Source: a bacterium (GTDB lineage Bacteria; Patescibacteriota; Microgenomatia; Levybacterales; UBA12049). From it: a DNA stretch of 64,000 nt. Numbering within the stretch: position 1 is the stretch's first letter; each line of letters begins with the position of its first letter. The stretch covers positions 248,856 to 312,855 of the forward strand of contig JAJYDJ010000001.1 of NCBI GenBank assembly GCA_021777565.1, written 5' to 3'. The position numbers and the translations under genes were made by a program. Shown one piece after another: positions 8,729 through 19,975 of the stretch. A model generated the notes under the pieces. It was not told the origin of the DNA and made no database searches. It saw nothing but the letters and a program-made list of their open reading frames with translations.

Positions 8729-10036
8729 TTAGTGAGGAGTTTGTGGGACGTGTCTCTCAAGAACCCGCGCAATACGTGGTTGCGGTCTTCGAAGGACAAG
8801 ATTGGCGCCGGCATAGACGGCAGTCGTAGCCTGCTCCGCCCACACGCCGATGAGCGCATACAGTTGCCAGGTTGAAAGTGGTATCCCCAGAGAGCCGGCG
8901 AGCGTATCAATCAGTCCCAGCCCCATCGCGACTCCTGATCCGTAGAGTGCGCCATTGGCAATATGATTCTCTGCCTGGCCACCTGCGGCAAGAATCAGTG
9001 GATGTAAGAATCGGTTCAGTGCCGGAGAGTCCTGTGGAATGAGTTTGAACAGTTTACCAACAATACCGACCTGCTCACAGGCGTGCTGATATTCCTCTGG
9101 GCTTAGCATACGACCTTTGTGTGTGGTAAGCGCTTCATTTACCACATGCAAGGTGTTCATAAAGGCATGGGTCAAAAGTCCTGTTGCGGCAAACCCTAAA
9201 ATCCCGAAATTTGATGATAGGAAAATAGCTAATCCTACAACGGTGAGTGTCTCCCCCACTGGTGACTGAATAAAGTCAACGACCCGTTGTGGAATTGTCT
9301 TAACAAAGTCTCTTAAGCGCTCAACCATGGGAGTAGTTTTTTCAGATGTCTTGTGTTCATCTTCATGATGGTGATGCCCCTCATGGAGATGCTCATGCGT
9401 GTGCTCGTGCTCCTCGTGGTGAACATGTTCTTTTGCGAGAAAACGATGGGCAAATTTTTCTCTCATTTCATCAAAGAAACGATTAATTTTATGTGCATTA
9501 ACGGCCAGTACCTCAAAAAGCCCGTGTTGCGTTACCTGAATAATGACTTGTTGGGCCAGCTGTGGGATATCCTTGATCAGTGACAAAGCACCAGGAATAA
9601 GTGTACCGACAAACGTGAAAAATGCCGCGGTTTTGAGAATGCCTACCTCACGTGCATGAGAAGAGACGATACCAACAATAGCACCAACGACAGCAGGATT
9701 TTCACTGAGCATGAGATTGACCGCATCTACTGATTGCTCTGGCTGTGTGGCGATTTCTGGTGCTTGACCTTGAGCATCTACGGCCCTTCGCCTCACAAAG
9801 ACTTGGACATCCTCATGATGGTCATCTTCATCATGGTCATGATGTTCGTGGTGTTCATGCTCGTGGCTGTGCCCATGCGCATGACCGTGCGGATCGCCTA
9901 CTTCAACTCCCCTCACAACAAGATCAAGCTGAGGAAGATGCGTGTCCTCACTGAGTGAATCTGGCGCATGTCTTCTGGTAGCGTCTTCAAATGCACGAGT
10001 GACGTCTGGTGATAGGTGAAGTGTGATTTCGGTCAC
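8729..10036 (-). CDS. Histidine-rich polytopic membrane protein of unknown function (possibly a DUF389/TIGR00271-like hydrophobic-domain protein; family not verified).
   Basis: 435-aa ORF with two acidic His-rich tracts (HGHAHGHSHEHEHHEHHDHDEDDHHED and HVHHEEHEHTHEHLHEGHHHHEDEH) and at least four hydrophobic helices (AVVGAIVGIVS..., TLTVVGLAIFLSSNFGILGFAATGLL, GALYGSGVAMGLGLIDTLAGSLGI...). Confidence 0.5.
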   Translation of the reverse strand: MTEITLHLSPDVTRAFEDATRRHAPDSLSEDTHLPQLDLVVRGVEVGDPHGHAHGHSHEHEHHEHHDHDEDDHHEDVQVFVRRRAVDAQGQAPEIATQPEQSVDAVNLMLSENPAVVGAIVGIVSSHAREVGILKTAAFFTFVGTLIPGALSLIKDIPQLAQQVIIQVTQHGLFEVLAVNAHKINRFFDEMREKFAHRFLAKEHVHHEEHEHTHEHLHEGHHHHEDEHKTSEKTTPMVERLRDFVKTIPQRVVDFIQSPVGETLTVVGLAIFLSSNFGILGFAATGLLTHAFMNTLHVVNEALTTHKGRMLSPEEYQHACEQVGIVGKLFKLIPQDSPALNRFLHPLILAAGGQAENHIANGALYGSGVAMGLGLIDTLAGSLGIPLSTWQLYALIGVWAEQATTAVYAGANLVLRRPQPRIARVLERHVPQTPH

Positions 10037-10076
10037 GATGATGAATTATAGGACAAGCGTGAAGAACTTACAAGCC

Positions 10077-12599
10077 TTACTCTTTTTCCTCAATGCAGGT
10101 TGCTGAGGCAATCAGATCATTTACTTTAGAGAATCTCATCAAAATAACGCCCTGGGTAGCACGTGAAAGTTTTGGAATGTCCTTAATTGGCAGTTTCACG
10201 ACTTGACCTTTTTTAGACGTAATAATAACGTTGGTTGTTGCTGGTGGGAGAATTTGGGAGACTACGACTTTGCCTGTCTTTTCGGTCACATTGGCTACTT
10301 TCACGCCACTACCACCTCTGCCTTGCCCACGGAATTCTGAGGCAAGAGTTTTCTTACCAAGACCATTCTCCATAATAGTGATCAGCTGTGCTTCTTTATC
10401 ATCAGAGGCAATAACGTCCATACTAATAACTTGATCGTTCTCTGCTATCTTCAGGCCTCGCACACCCATGGTGGCACGTCCTGTTGGCCTGACATCATTC
10501 TCACTAAATCTGATAGCTTTGCCATCTTTGGAGACAAGCATGACATCATCAGTACCTGTTGTTAACTTACTCCAGACGAGTTCATCACCATTCTCCAATT
10601 TGATCGCGACAATGCCACTCTTTCGAATATTTTCAAATTCACTCACTGCAGACTTTTTGACGGTACCATTTCTGGTTGTGAGAAAAATATATTTCTTCTC
10701 TTGTTTTTTGCCGGTCGCATAGCTCAGGAAACTCTCAATCCTCTCCCCTGTCTCGATATTTAACAAATTTACAATGGCAGTGCCTTTACTGGTGCGGTTA
10801 CTCTCTGCGATTTCATAGGCTTTGATCTGATAGACCTTGCCTTTGTTGGTGAAGAACAACAGGTTATCATGAGTCTGGCAGAACTGAATTGCCATGATAT
10901 CATCTTCGTCTTTGGTGGTCATGCCTTTGACTCCCTTGCCGCCACGAGCTTGAGTCTGGAATGAGTTTGGTGATTGTCTCTTAATATAACCAGTATCAGT
11001 GATGGTGATAACGGTTGATTCATTTGGAATAAGATCTTCTTCAGAGAATTCATCAACTTTGCCTTTAAAGACACGGGTGCGTCGTGGGTCACCAAACTTT
11101 TCTCGCAGTTTTACTAATTCTTCTTTAATGACACTCAGAACTTTCTCAGGATGTGCGAGTAAGTCTTCAAGATACTTCACTGTTTCTAACAGTGCCTTGA
11201 TTTCATCCTCAATTTTTTGTCTTTCAAGTGCTGCGAGACGGCGAAGTTGCATGTCAAGAATGGCAGTCGCTTGCAGTTCTGACAGTGCAAATTTCTCCAT
11301 CAAGTTCTTCTTTGCGTCTTCCTGATCGTCTGAGTTGCGGATGGTGTGGATGACTTCATCAATGTGATCAACGGCAATTTTCAATCCTTCCAGAATGTGA
11401 AGTCTCGCCTTGGCTTGTCGCAGTTCATACTCACTTCTTCTGGTAACGACCACGAATCGATGTTTGAGATATTCTTCCAAAATTGTTTTGAGTGTCAGGG
11501 TCTGTGGGGTGCCATCAACTAGCGCCACCATGTTGGCTGGGAAGGTGGTCTGAAGTGCGGTGTATTTGAACAAATTGTTCAAGACTTTTTTGGGTGTAGC
11601 ATCGCGTTTGAGCTCGACAACGATACGCATACCATGACGATCTGATTCATCGCGAAGATCAGAAATGCCATCAACTTTCTTCTCTTTCACCAGGTCGGCA
11701 ATACGGGCAACAAGAGTTGCTTTGATGACCTGGTAAGGAATCTCGGTAATGATGATTGCTGATTTGCCACCACTGATATCTTCAATCTCAGTTTTTCCTC
11801 GCATGAGAATGCGGCCTTTGCCGGTGGAATACAAGTTTTTAATTTCCTGTTGGTCATAGATCATACCTCCTGTTGGGAAATCTGGTCCTTTGATGTATTC
11901 CATTAATTCATCAGTGGTAATCTCACTGTTCATAGTGAGCTGGTGGGTTGAAAGATGTTCGTCAGTCTCCCCTTCTTTATGTGCAGGTTTTGCAATTGCT
12001 GCTTTTTCAATCATTGCGATTACGGCATCGACGACTTCGGTCAGATTGTGTGGTGGGATCTTGGTCGCCATACCGACCGCGATACCTTCAGCACCCATCA
12101 AAAGAAGATTTGGCAATTTTGCTGGCAGATACAGTGGCTCTTTTTCTGTGCTATCAAAATTTGGCATGAATGGCACAGTTTCCTTATCAATGTCGGTAAG
12201 CATTTCGTCAGCAATCAATGCCATACGGGCTTCGGTATAACGCATGTGTGCAGGACTATCACCATCGATGGAACCAAAGTTTCCTTGTCCATCAACGAGG
12301 GGGTATCTTAGGGAGAAGTCTTGTGCCATACGCACCAGAGAGTCATAAATAGGCATGTCGCCATGTGGATGATATTTACCCATGACTTCACCGACGATCT
12401 TTGCACTTTTGGTGTATTTACTGGCGTGGGTTACTCCCATTTGGTCCATACCGAAAAGAATTCTTCGATGAACAGGTTTCAGACCATCTTTGACGTCAGG
12501 GAGCGCGCGCTGCACAATAACAGACATCGCGTAATCTAGATATGAGCGCTTAATTTCGCCCACGATTTCTGTAGGTAATAATTTCCCGATATTACTCAT
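10077..12599 (-). CDS. gyrA: DNA gyrase subunit A
   Basis: N-terminus MSNIGKLLPTEIVGEIKRSYLDYAMSVIVQRALPDVKDGLKPVHRRIL, active-site Tyr region, and C-terminal beta-pinwheel repeats. 840 aa. Confidence 0.95.
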   Translation of the reverse strand: MSNIGKLLPTEIVGEIKRSYLDYAMSVIVQRALPDVKDGLKPVHRRILFGMDQMGVTHASKYTKSAKIVGEVMGKYHPHGDMPIYDSLVRMAQDFSLRYPLVDGQGNFGSIDGDSPAHMRYTEARMALIADEMLTDIDKETVPFMPNFDSTEKEPLYLPAKLPNLLLMGAEGIAVGMATKIPPHNLTEVVDAVIAMIEKAAIAKPAHKEGETDEHLSTHQLTMNSEITTDELMEYIKGPDFPTGGMIYDQQEIKNLYSTGKGRILMRGKTEIEDISGGKSAIIITEIPYQVIKATLVARIADLVKEKKVDGISDLRDESDRHGMRIVVELKRDATPKKVLNNLFKYTALQTTFPANMVALVDGTPQTLTLKTILEEYLKHRFVVVTRRSEYELRQAKARLHILEGLKIAVDHIDEVIHTIRNSDDQEDAKKNLMEKFALSELQATAILDMQLRRLAALERQKIEDEIKALLETVKYLEDLLAHPEKVLSVIKEELVKLREKFGDPRRTRVFKGKVDEFSEEDLIPNESTVITITDTGYIKRQSPNSFQTQARGGKGVKGMTTKDEDDIMAIQFCQTHDNLLFFTNKGKVYQIKAYEIAESNRTSKGTAIVNLLNIETGERIESFLSYATGKKQEKKYIFLTTRNGTVKKSAVSEFENIRKSGIVAIKLENGDELVWSKLTTGTDDVMLVSKDGKAIRFSENDVRPTGRATMGVRGLKIAENDQVISMDVIASDDKEAQLITIMENGLGKKTLASEFRGQGRGGSGVKVANVTEKTGKVVVSQILPPATTNVIITSKKGQVVKLPIKDIPKLSRATQGVILMRFSKVNDLIASATCIEEKE

Positions 12600-12605
12600 A
12601 AAGGA

Positions 12606-13136
12606 CTATTTGGAGTTGTATCGCTCGATGCACTCGCGGATGATGACTTTAGCAGCTTCACTATCTCCCCACCCGAGGACTTTGGTGGTACCAGGTTTCT
12701 TTAAATCTTTGTAATGATTAAAGTGGAATTCGAGTTTTTGTTTCCACCTTTCACCAAGATCTTCAAGAGTCTTGATCATGTTACCATTGTCACGATTATC
12801 TGCGGGTACGGCAATAACTTTATGATCCATTTCTCCATCGTCTTCAAAATTCAGTACACCGATCACTCGTCCTTTAAGATGGACTCCTGTTGGGATTGGT
12901 TCTGGGCAAATCATCAAGACATCAAGAGGATCTTTGTCTTCATCAATAGTCTGTGGAATGAACCCGTAATTTGTTGGTTTTGGGAAGATTGCTGGCTCAA
13001 CTCGATCAATTTCAAAGGTAGCAGTATCTACTCGATATTCAATCTTTAAAATTGAACCTTCTGGGATCTCAATAACGACATTGATCTCTCCTTCATCAAC
13101 GTTCCCTGGTGTCAAAACTTTATTAAAATCAGCCAT
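12606..13136 (-). CDS. ppa: Inorganic pyrophosphatase (family I)
   Basis: Family I PPase core (EIPEGS..KIEYRVD, DPLDVLM, VIAVPADN) between gyrA and gyrB. Start taken at MADFNKV. Confidence 0.85.
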   Translation of the reverse strand: MADFNKVLTPGNVDEGEINVVIEIPEGSILKIEYRVDTATFEIDRVEPAIFPKPTNYGFIPQTIDEDKDPLDVLMICPEPIPTGVHLKGRVIGVLNFEDDGEMDHKVIAVPADNRDNGNMIKTLEDLGERWKQKLEFHFNHYKDLKKPGTTKVLGWGDSEAAKVIIRECIERYNSK

Positions 13137-13168
13137 ATATTTATTATACACACGTATATCTCATATTG

Positions 13169-15124
<1,956 letters not shown>

Positions 15125-15202
15125 CTAGCACAGCGAGGGAAAATGGACAAGGTTTGGATAAAATTTGATCTGTTTTGTCACTAATAGTGCTATACTTTCT
15201 CT

Positions 15203-16516
15203 GTGAGAAAGATACGAAAACTTATTCGCTCACTGATCCTCTGGTATCTTCGTTTCTTCGCGCGCATGCGACTAAAAAGATTGCATCCTGTAATTGTTGG
15301 CATAGGTGGTGCTAGTGGAAAATCTAGTGTCGCGACCCTTACTGCTGCAGTCCTATCTGATTATTGTACTGTCCTCTATCAAGAAGGGAAAAATAGTGAC
15401 ATCGGTATCCCCTTGGCAATTCTTGATTTGAAAATCACGAGTAATACCTGGCATAATTGGGTGAATCTTCTCCTGAGAGCGCCACTCGCTGCTATCTCGC
15501 GCAAGACGTCTTATGACGTGTATGTTGCTGAAATGGGTATTGATGGACCCACCCCACCTGATAATATGGGGTATCTTCTTGATCTTTTTGTTCCAGATAT
15601 TGCACTTCTGACCAACATCGCATTTGAACATAGTGCAAACTTTCCTGGGTCTACGGACGCGGAAGTATTTGAATCAATTGCTCGTGAAGAGTTGTCCTTG
15701 TTGCACTCGGTTGCCCAAAAAGATGGTATGGTAATTCTGAACGCTGATGATCCACGCATCATGCAAGAGAAGCTTGAGAAACATCACACAACTACCTACT
15801 CAATCAAAGATCATGCTGATCTTTTTATTACCAGACTGAGTATTACCAAACAAAAATTTGAATTAGTCTTGTCTTATGAGAGAAGAAAACATACCGTCAC
15901 ACTCCCATTTGGGCTTCCTGCACATTATGCACAAACTATCCTGGCAGTATTATCAATAGCACTTGCTCGTCATATTCGCCTCTCTGATGCCATTATGTCC
16001 CTTGAAAAACATGTCTCCCTCCCCGCTGGGAGAGCAACGATTTTCAACGGTATCAAAGAAACAACTCTTATCGATAGCTCATATAATTCATCCTTGCAGC
16101 CACTTTTGGATATGCTTGATTTTCTCAATACCATTCATGGTCGTTCCCGTCGGGTGGCTATCCTGGGAGATATGCGTGAGCTGGGTGAACAAACGCAAAG
16201 TCTTCATGAACAAGCTGCGCGTAAGATTGTTGAAACCGTAGATATGGCCATCCTTATTGGGCCAGCAATGCGCGAATATGTTCTCCCGGTCTTGAAATTG
16301 CAAAAGATACCTGTCTTGTCATTTATGACATTTAGTGATGCGCGAAGTGCCCTGTTACAAAACATCAAAAAAGGAGACATGATTTTGGTGAAGGGATCGC
16401 AAAATACACTTTTTCTTGAACGAGTTGTTGAACTTCTGCTCGCCAACCCGATGGATGCGGCCAGACTGTGCCGTCGAGGGAGTATGTGGGATCGCAAAAG
16501 AGCTCAATCAAAATGA
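15203..16516 (+). CDS. murF: UDP-N-acetylmuramoyl-tripeptide--D-alanyl-D-alanine ligase (MurF-like, short N-terminus)
   Basis: Mur-ligase central P-loop VGIGGASGKSSVA and MurF-like C-terminal domain (VAILGDMRELGEQTQSLHEQ). Opposite strand and separate from the other mur genes. Confidence 0.7.
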   Translation: MRKIRKLIRSLILWYLRFFARMRLKRLHPVIVGIGGASGKSSVATLTAAVLSDYCTVLYQEGKNSDIGIPLAILDLKITSNTWHNWVNLLLRAPLAAISRKTSYDVYVAEMGIDGPTPPDNMGYLLDLFVPDIALLTNIAFEHSANFPGSTDAEVFESIAREELSLLHSVAQKDGMVILNADDPRIMQEKLEKHHTTTYSIKDHADLFITRLSITKQKFELVLSYERRKHTVTLPFGLPAHYAQTILAVLSIALARHIRLSDAIMSLEKHVSLPAGRATIFNGIKETTLIDSSYNSSLQPLLDMLDFLNTIHGRSRRVAILGDMRELGEQTQSLHEQAARKIVETVDMAILIGPAMREYVLPVLKLQKIPVLSFMTFSDARSALLQNIKKGDMILVKGSQNTLFLERVVELLLANPMDAARLCRRGSMWDRKRAQSK

Positions 16517-17157
16517 GTAAGCAGTGTCTCCTCGAGAGCCATGCGAGCACTTACATTGGTCGAAGTAACTATCTCTTTCAATTTCAGGACTGCTATGAGT
16601 AATAAAGATTTCTCTTTCTCCCCTGCGACAAGATCACGGTGTAATACTTGTTCTGCTTTTTTAAGAAATACGAGAAATTCTTCTTTCTCTTTGGTGAGTT
16701 GTTGTGCGCTGTATAACTTTTCTCCAATTGTCCCCGACTGCCACGTTGTAAGCGTTCTCTGTATGGTTTCTACATCCTCGTCACTGATTGTAGGTGGCAC
16801 CTCAGTACGTTTAATAATCTGACATCGAGATGCTACTGTTGGCAACAGTGCACCAAGTGACGTGGTAAGAAGAAAAAAATACACATGCTCTGGCGGCTCT
16901 TCAAGAAGTTTTAAGAGTGCATTTTGTGCTGGTATGGTAAGTGTTTGCGCCTGTGGGATGATGATTGCTTTGTGTTGCCCTTGGAGTGGAGCAAGCTGCG
17001 TGTCAAGTTGGAGCTGTTTTACTTCTGCGATGCCACTAATATCGGCAAGTTGAACATCTGCTGGGTGTAAGTGCAGTGTTTGGATATATTCTTGTACCTG
17101 TGCGAGGTTATTCTCTGCATCTTGTGAGACAAAAAGAGTCGTAGTCATTGATTGCAT
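16504..17157 (-). CDS. holB: DNA polymerase III delta-prime subunit, short form lacking the N-terminal P-loop region
   Basis: NALLKLLEEPPEHVYFFLLT and SRCQ motifs of clamp-loader delta'. Only 217 aa. 13-nt convergent overlap with murF. Confidence 0.7.
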   Translation of the reverse strand: MQSMTTTLFVSQDAENNLAQVQEYIQTLHLHPADVQLADISGIAEVKQLQLDTQLAPLQGQHKAIIIPQAQTLTIPAQNALLKLLEEPPEHVYFFLLTTSLGALLPTVASRCQIIKRTEVPPTISDEDVETIQRTLTTWQSGTIGEKLYSAQQLTKEKEEFLVFLKKAEQVLHRDLVAGEKEKSLLLIAVLKLKEIVTSTNVSARMALEETLLTHFD

Positions 17158-17187
17158 TATAGTGCAAAGTTGACTACCATAATAGTA

Positions 17188-18903
17188 ATGCCCACTGATA
17201 CAAATCCTGCTCGCACTGTTTTTGATGTGTTGGTTGCTGATGGCGTGATTAGTAAAGATCAGGCCGATCAGCTTCGTGTCAAAGCGGCTACTGACAATAT
17301 CCCGCTTGATAAACTTTTAGAAACTTCTACCGTTGTTAATCCTGAACAATTGGCACAGGCGCGTGCCAAAATGCTGGGCATCCCTTACGTGCCTCTTGCA
17401 TCTACGGCATTTTCTCCTGAAGCACTAAATTTTCTCCCTCAGCCAGTGGTTGAGAGATTTCAGCTGATCCCGTTTGCTTATGATGACAGCGAGAAATCAC
17501 TTTCTATCGCGATGGCCCATCCTGAAAATGTTGAAGCACTGCAATTTGTGCAACAGAAGACAGGATTACACATCAAAACATTCGCAGCATCAGCTCAGGA
17601 AGTTGCCAGGGCTATTGCAACCCAATATCGTCAGGAATTGGTTGGAGAAGTTGGAAAAGCTATTAAAGAAACTGAAGAGCTCAAGCCAGTCAAGACTATT
17701 GATAGTGCAAAAATTGGTGAAATTATTAAAGAAGCACCAATTGCAAAAATTGTCTCCACGATTCTGGAATACGCCGTCATGAATCGCGCATCAGATATTC
17801 ACATGGAACCGCTAGATGATCGAGTGCGTGTCCGTTATCGTATTGATGGTATTCTCTATGATCGTTTGACACTTCCAAAATCTGTGCAAGAAGCAGTTGT
17901 CTCTCGTATTAAAATTCTGGCTGAAATGAAAATCGATGAACATCGTACGCCACAGGATGGTCGTTTTAACTATAAATACGCAGATAAGGAAGTAGATCTT
18001 CGTGTGTCCGTGCTGCCAACCGTCCATGGAGAGAAGATCGTTATGCGTTTACTTCGTAAATCTGGTGGGATTCCAACACTTCCAGAATTAGGGCTTGCCG
18101 GTATCGCATTGAAAAATCTAGAGACCGCAATGCTGAGACCTCATGGTATCATCATCGTCTGCGGACCTACTGGAAGTGGTAAAACAACGACTCTGTACTC
18201 TGTCCTATCCAAGCTCAATACACCAAATGTCAACATCATGTCTCTTGAAGATCCAGTCGAATACGAAATTGCCGGCGTCAATCAGGTGCAGATCAATCCA
18301 GGCGTTGGGCTTACCTTTGCCTCGGGGCTTAGAGCTTTCTTACGTCAGGATCCAAATGTTATTCTGGTCGGAGAAATTCGTGATAATGAAACAACAGATT
18401 TGGCTATTCAGGCCGCTCTGACGGGTCATTTGGTGTTCTCAACCTTGCATACCAGCTCAGCTGCAGGCGCCCTCCCTCGTCTTCTGGATTTGGGTGCTGA
18501 AGGATTTTTGCTTGCCTCGACTATGAATGCGTTGGTTGGACAACGTATTGTCCGTAAAATTTGCACTCACTGTAAAGTTGCCTACACTCCTGCGCAAGAA
18601 GTAGTAACTGAAATTCAGCAAGTATTGGGGAAGCTCTTTCCAGCACAAGGAGCAGTTCAGTTATATAAAGGACAAGGCTGCAGCGAATGTGGAGACTCAG
18701 GATACGTTGGTCGTATTGGTATCTTTGAAGTACTCCCAGTAACCGACAGGATTAGTAAGCTTATGCTTGCCCACCCTGAGGCCTCGGCACTGGAAGAAGA
18801 AGCGATCAAAGAAGGAATGATTACGATGCGCCAGGATGGCTACATGAAGGTATTACAAGGAATTACAACGATTGAAGAAGTGTTACGTGTGGCGCAAGAA
18901 TAA
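17188..18903 (+). CDS. pilB: Type IV pilus assembly ATPase PilB (GspE family)
   Basis: T2SSE N-terminal domains, Walker A GPTGSGKTTT, Asp/His boxes, and tetracysteine motif CTHCKVAY...CSECGDSGYVGR. Start probably MPTDTNP (17188); the ORF-track start at 17152 would overlap holB. Confidence 0.9.
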   Translation: MPTDTNPARTVFDVLVADGVISKDQADQLRVKAATDNIPLDKLLETSTVVNPEQLAQARAKMLGIPYVPLASTAFSPEALNFLPQPVVERFQLIPFAYDDSEKSLSIAMAHPENVEALQFVQQKTGLHIKTFAASAQEVARAIATQYRQELVGEVGKAIKETEELKPVKTIDSAKIGEIIKEAPIAKIVSTILEYAVMNRASDIHMEPLDDRVRVRYRIDGILYDRLTLPKSVQEAVVSRIKILAEMKIDEHRTPQDGRFNYKYADKEVDLRVSVLPTVHGEKIVMRLLRKSGGIPTLPELGLAGIALKNLETAMLRPHGIIIVCGPTGSGKTTTLYSVLSKLNTPNVNIMSLEDPVEYEIAGVNQVQINPGVGLTFASGLRAFLRQDPNVILVGEIRDNETTDLAIQAALTGHLVFSTLHTSSAAGALPRLLDLGAEGFLLASTMNALVGQRIVRKICTHCKVAYTPAQEVVTEIQQVLGKLFPAQGAVQLYKGQGCSECGDSGYVGRIGIFEVLPVTDRISKLMLAHPEASALEEEAIKEGMITMRQDGYMKVLQGITTIEEVLRVAQE

Positions 18904-18906
18904 TAT

Positions 18907-19974
18907 ATGGCGATTCAAGATTTATTGGAAGTAACCGTGCAGAATAGAGCCTCAGATTTACATCTGATGGCTAATACCACGCCGTACCTTCGTATTGATG
19001 GAGCTCTCGTCCCACTTCAGAGTGTTGGTGCGCTCACGCCAGCGATGGTTGAAGAGATGCTTTTTACTATCATGCTCCCCGAGCAGAAAACACTCCTTTT
19101 GGCAAACAAAGAGCTTGATTTTTCAGTCCCTTATGTGAGTAAAGATGGAACACAACGAGGACGGTTTCGTGTCAATGCGTATTATCAAAAGGCTACGATC
19201 GCAGTGGCATTCAGATACCTTACAGAAGCTATTGCCGGTATTGATGATTTGCATCTCCCAAAGATTTGTCACTCATTTACTGGATTAAAGCAAGGACTGG
19301 TTTTGGTAACTGGTCCAACTGGTCAAGGGAAATCTACTACGCTCGCTGCCATGACTCAAGAAATCAATTTGACTCGACCTGCACATATTATCACTATTGA
19401 AGACCCAATTGAGTATGTTTATCCACAAGGGAAAAGTATTATTTCTCAACGTGAAATGAAGATTGATACTCACTCTTGGAGCATGGCTCTTCGTAGCGCT
19501 CTGCGTGAAGATCCTGATGTAGTACTTATTGGAGAAATGCGTGATAGTGATACGATGGCTGCAGCAATGACGATTGCAGAGACTGGACACTTGGTTTTCT
19601 CAACACTGCATACCAACTCTGCTTCCCAGAGTATTGATCGTATTATCGACTCATTCCCAGAGCATCAGCAAATGCAGATTAGGACACAGTTATCTTTTAT
19701 TTTGAAAGGCATTATTTCACAAAGACTTCTTCCCCAAATTGGTGGTGGCAGAATCCCTGCCGTTGAAATATTAATTGGCAATCAAGCAGTCGCAAGTAAT
19801 ATTCGTGAGGGGAAGACTCATTTGATTGACTCTATTGTCCAAACATCTTCAGATCAAGGGATGGTTCCACTTGAAGCATCCTTGGCACAATTGGTGATGG
19901 CGGGGACGGTCACGCTGGAGACTGCAAAAGGGTATGCGCTCCATGTTGACGAATTCCTCAGACTAATTTCCTAA
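18907..19974 (+). CDS. pilT: Type IV pilus retraction ATPase PilT
   Basis: 355 aa, Walker A GLVLVTGPTGQGKSTT, PilT-type C-terminus, no N-terminal GspE domains. Confidence 0.85.
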   Translation: MAIQDLLEVTVQNRASDLHLMANTTPYLRIDGALVPLQSVGALTPAMVEEMLFTIMLPEQKTLLLANKELDFSVPYVSKDGTQRGRFRVNAYYQKATIAVAFRYLTEAIAGIDDLHLPKICHSFTGLKQGLVLVTGPTGQGKSTTLAAMTQEINLTRPAHIITIEDPIEYVYPQGKSIISQREMKIDTHSWSMALRSALREDPDVVLIGEMRDSDTMAAAMTIAETGHLVFSTLHTNSASQSIDRIIDSFPEHQQMQIRTQLSFILKGIISQRLLPQIGGGRIPAVEILIGNQAVASNIREGKTHLIDSIVQTSSDQGMVPLEASLAQLVMAGTVTLETAKGYALHVDEFLRLIS

Positions 19975-19975
19975 T

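Noticed and set aside
10231-12539. Six + strand ORFs (10231..10434, 10468..10722, 10999..11325, 11890..12240, 11955..12311, 12321..12539) inside gyrA
   Set aside because: They are antisense to a 840-aa gyrA with complete conserved motifs. They show Ser/Leu/Arg-rich shadow composition and have no start or RBS context.
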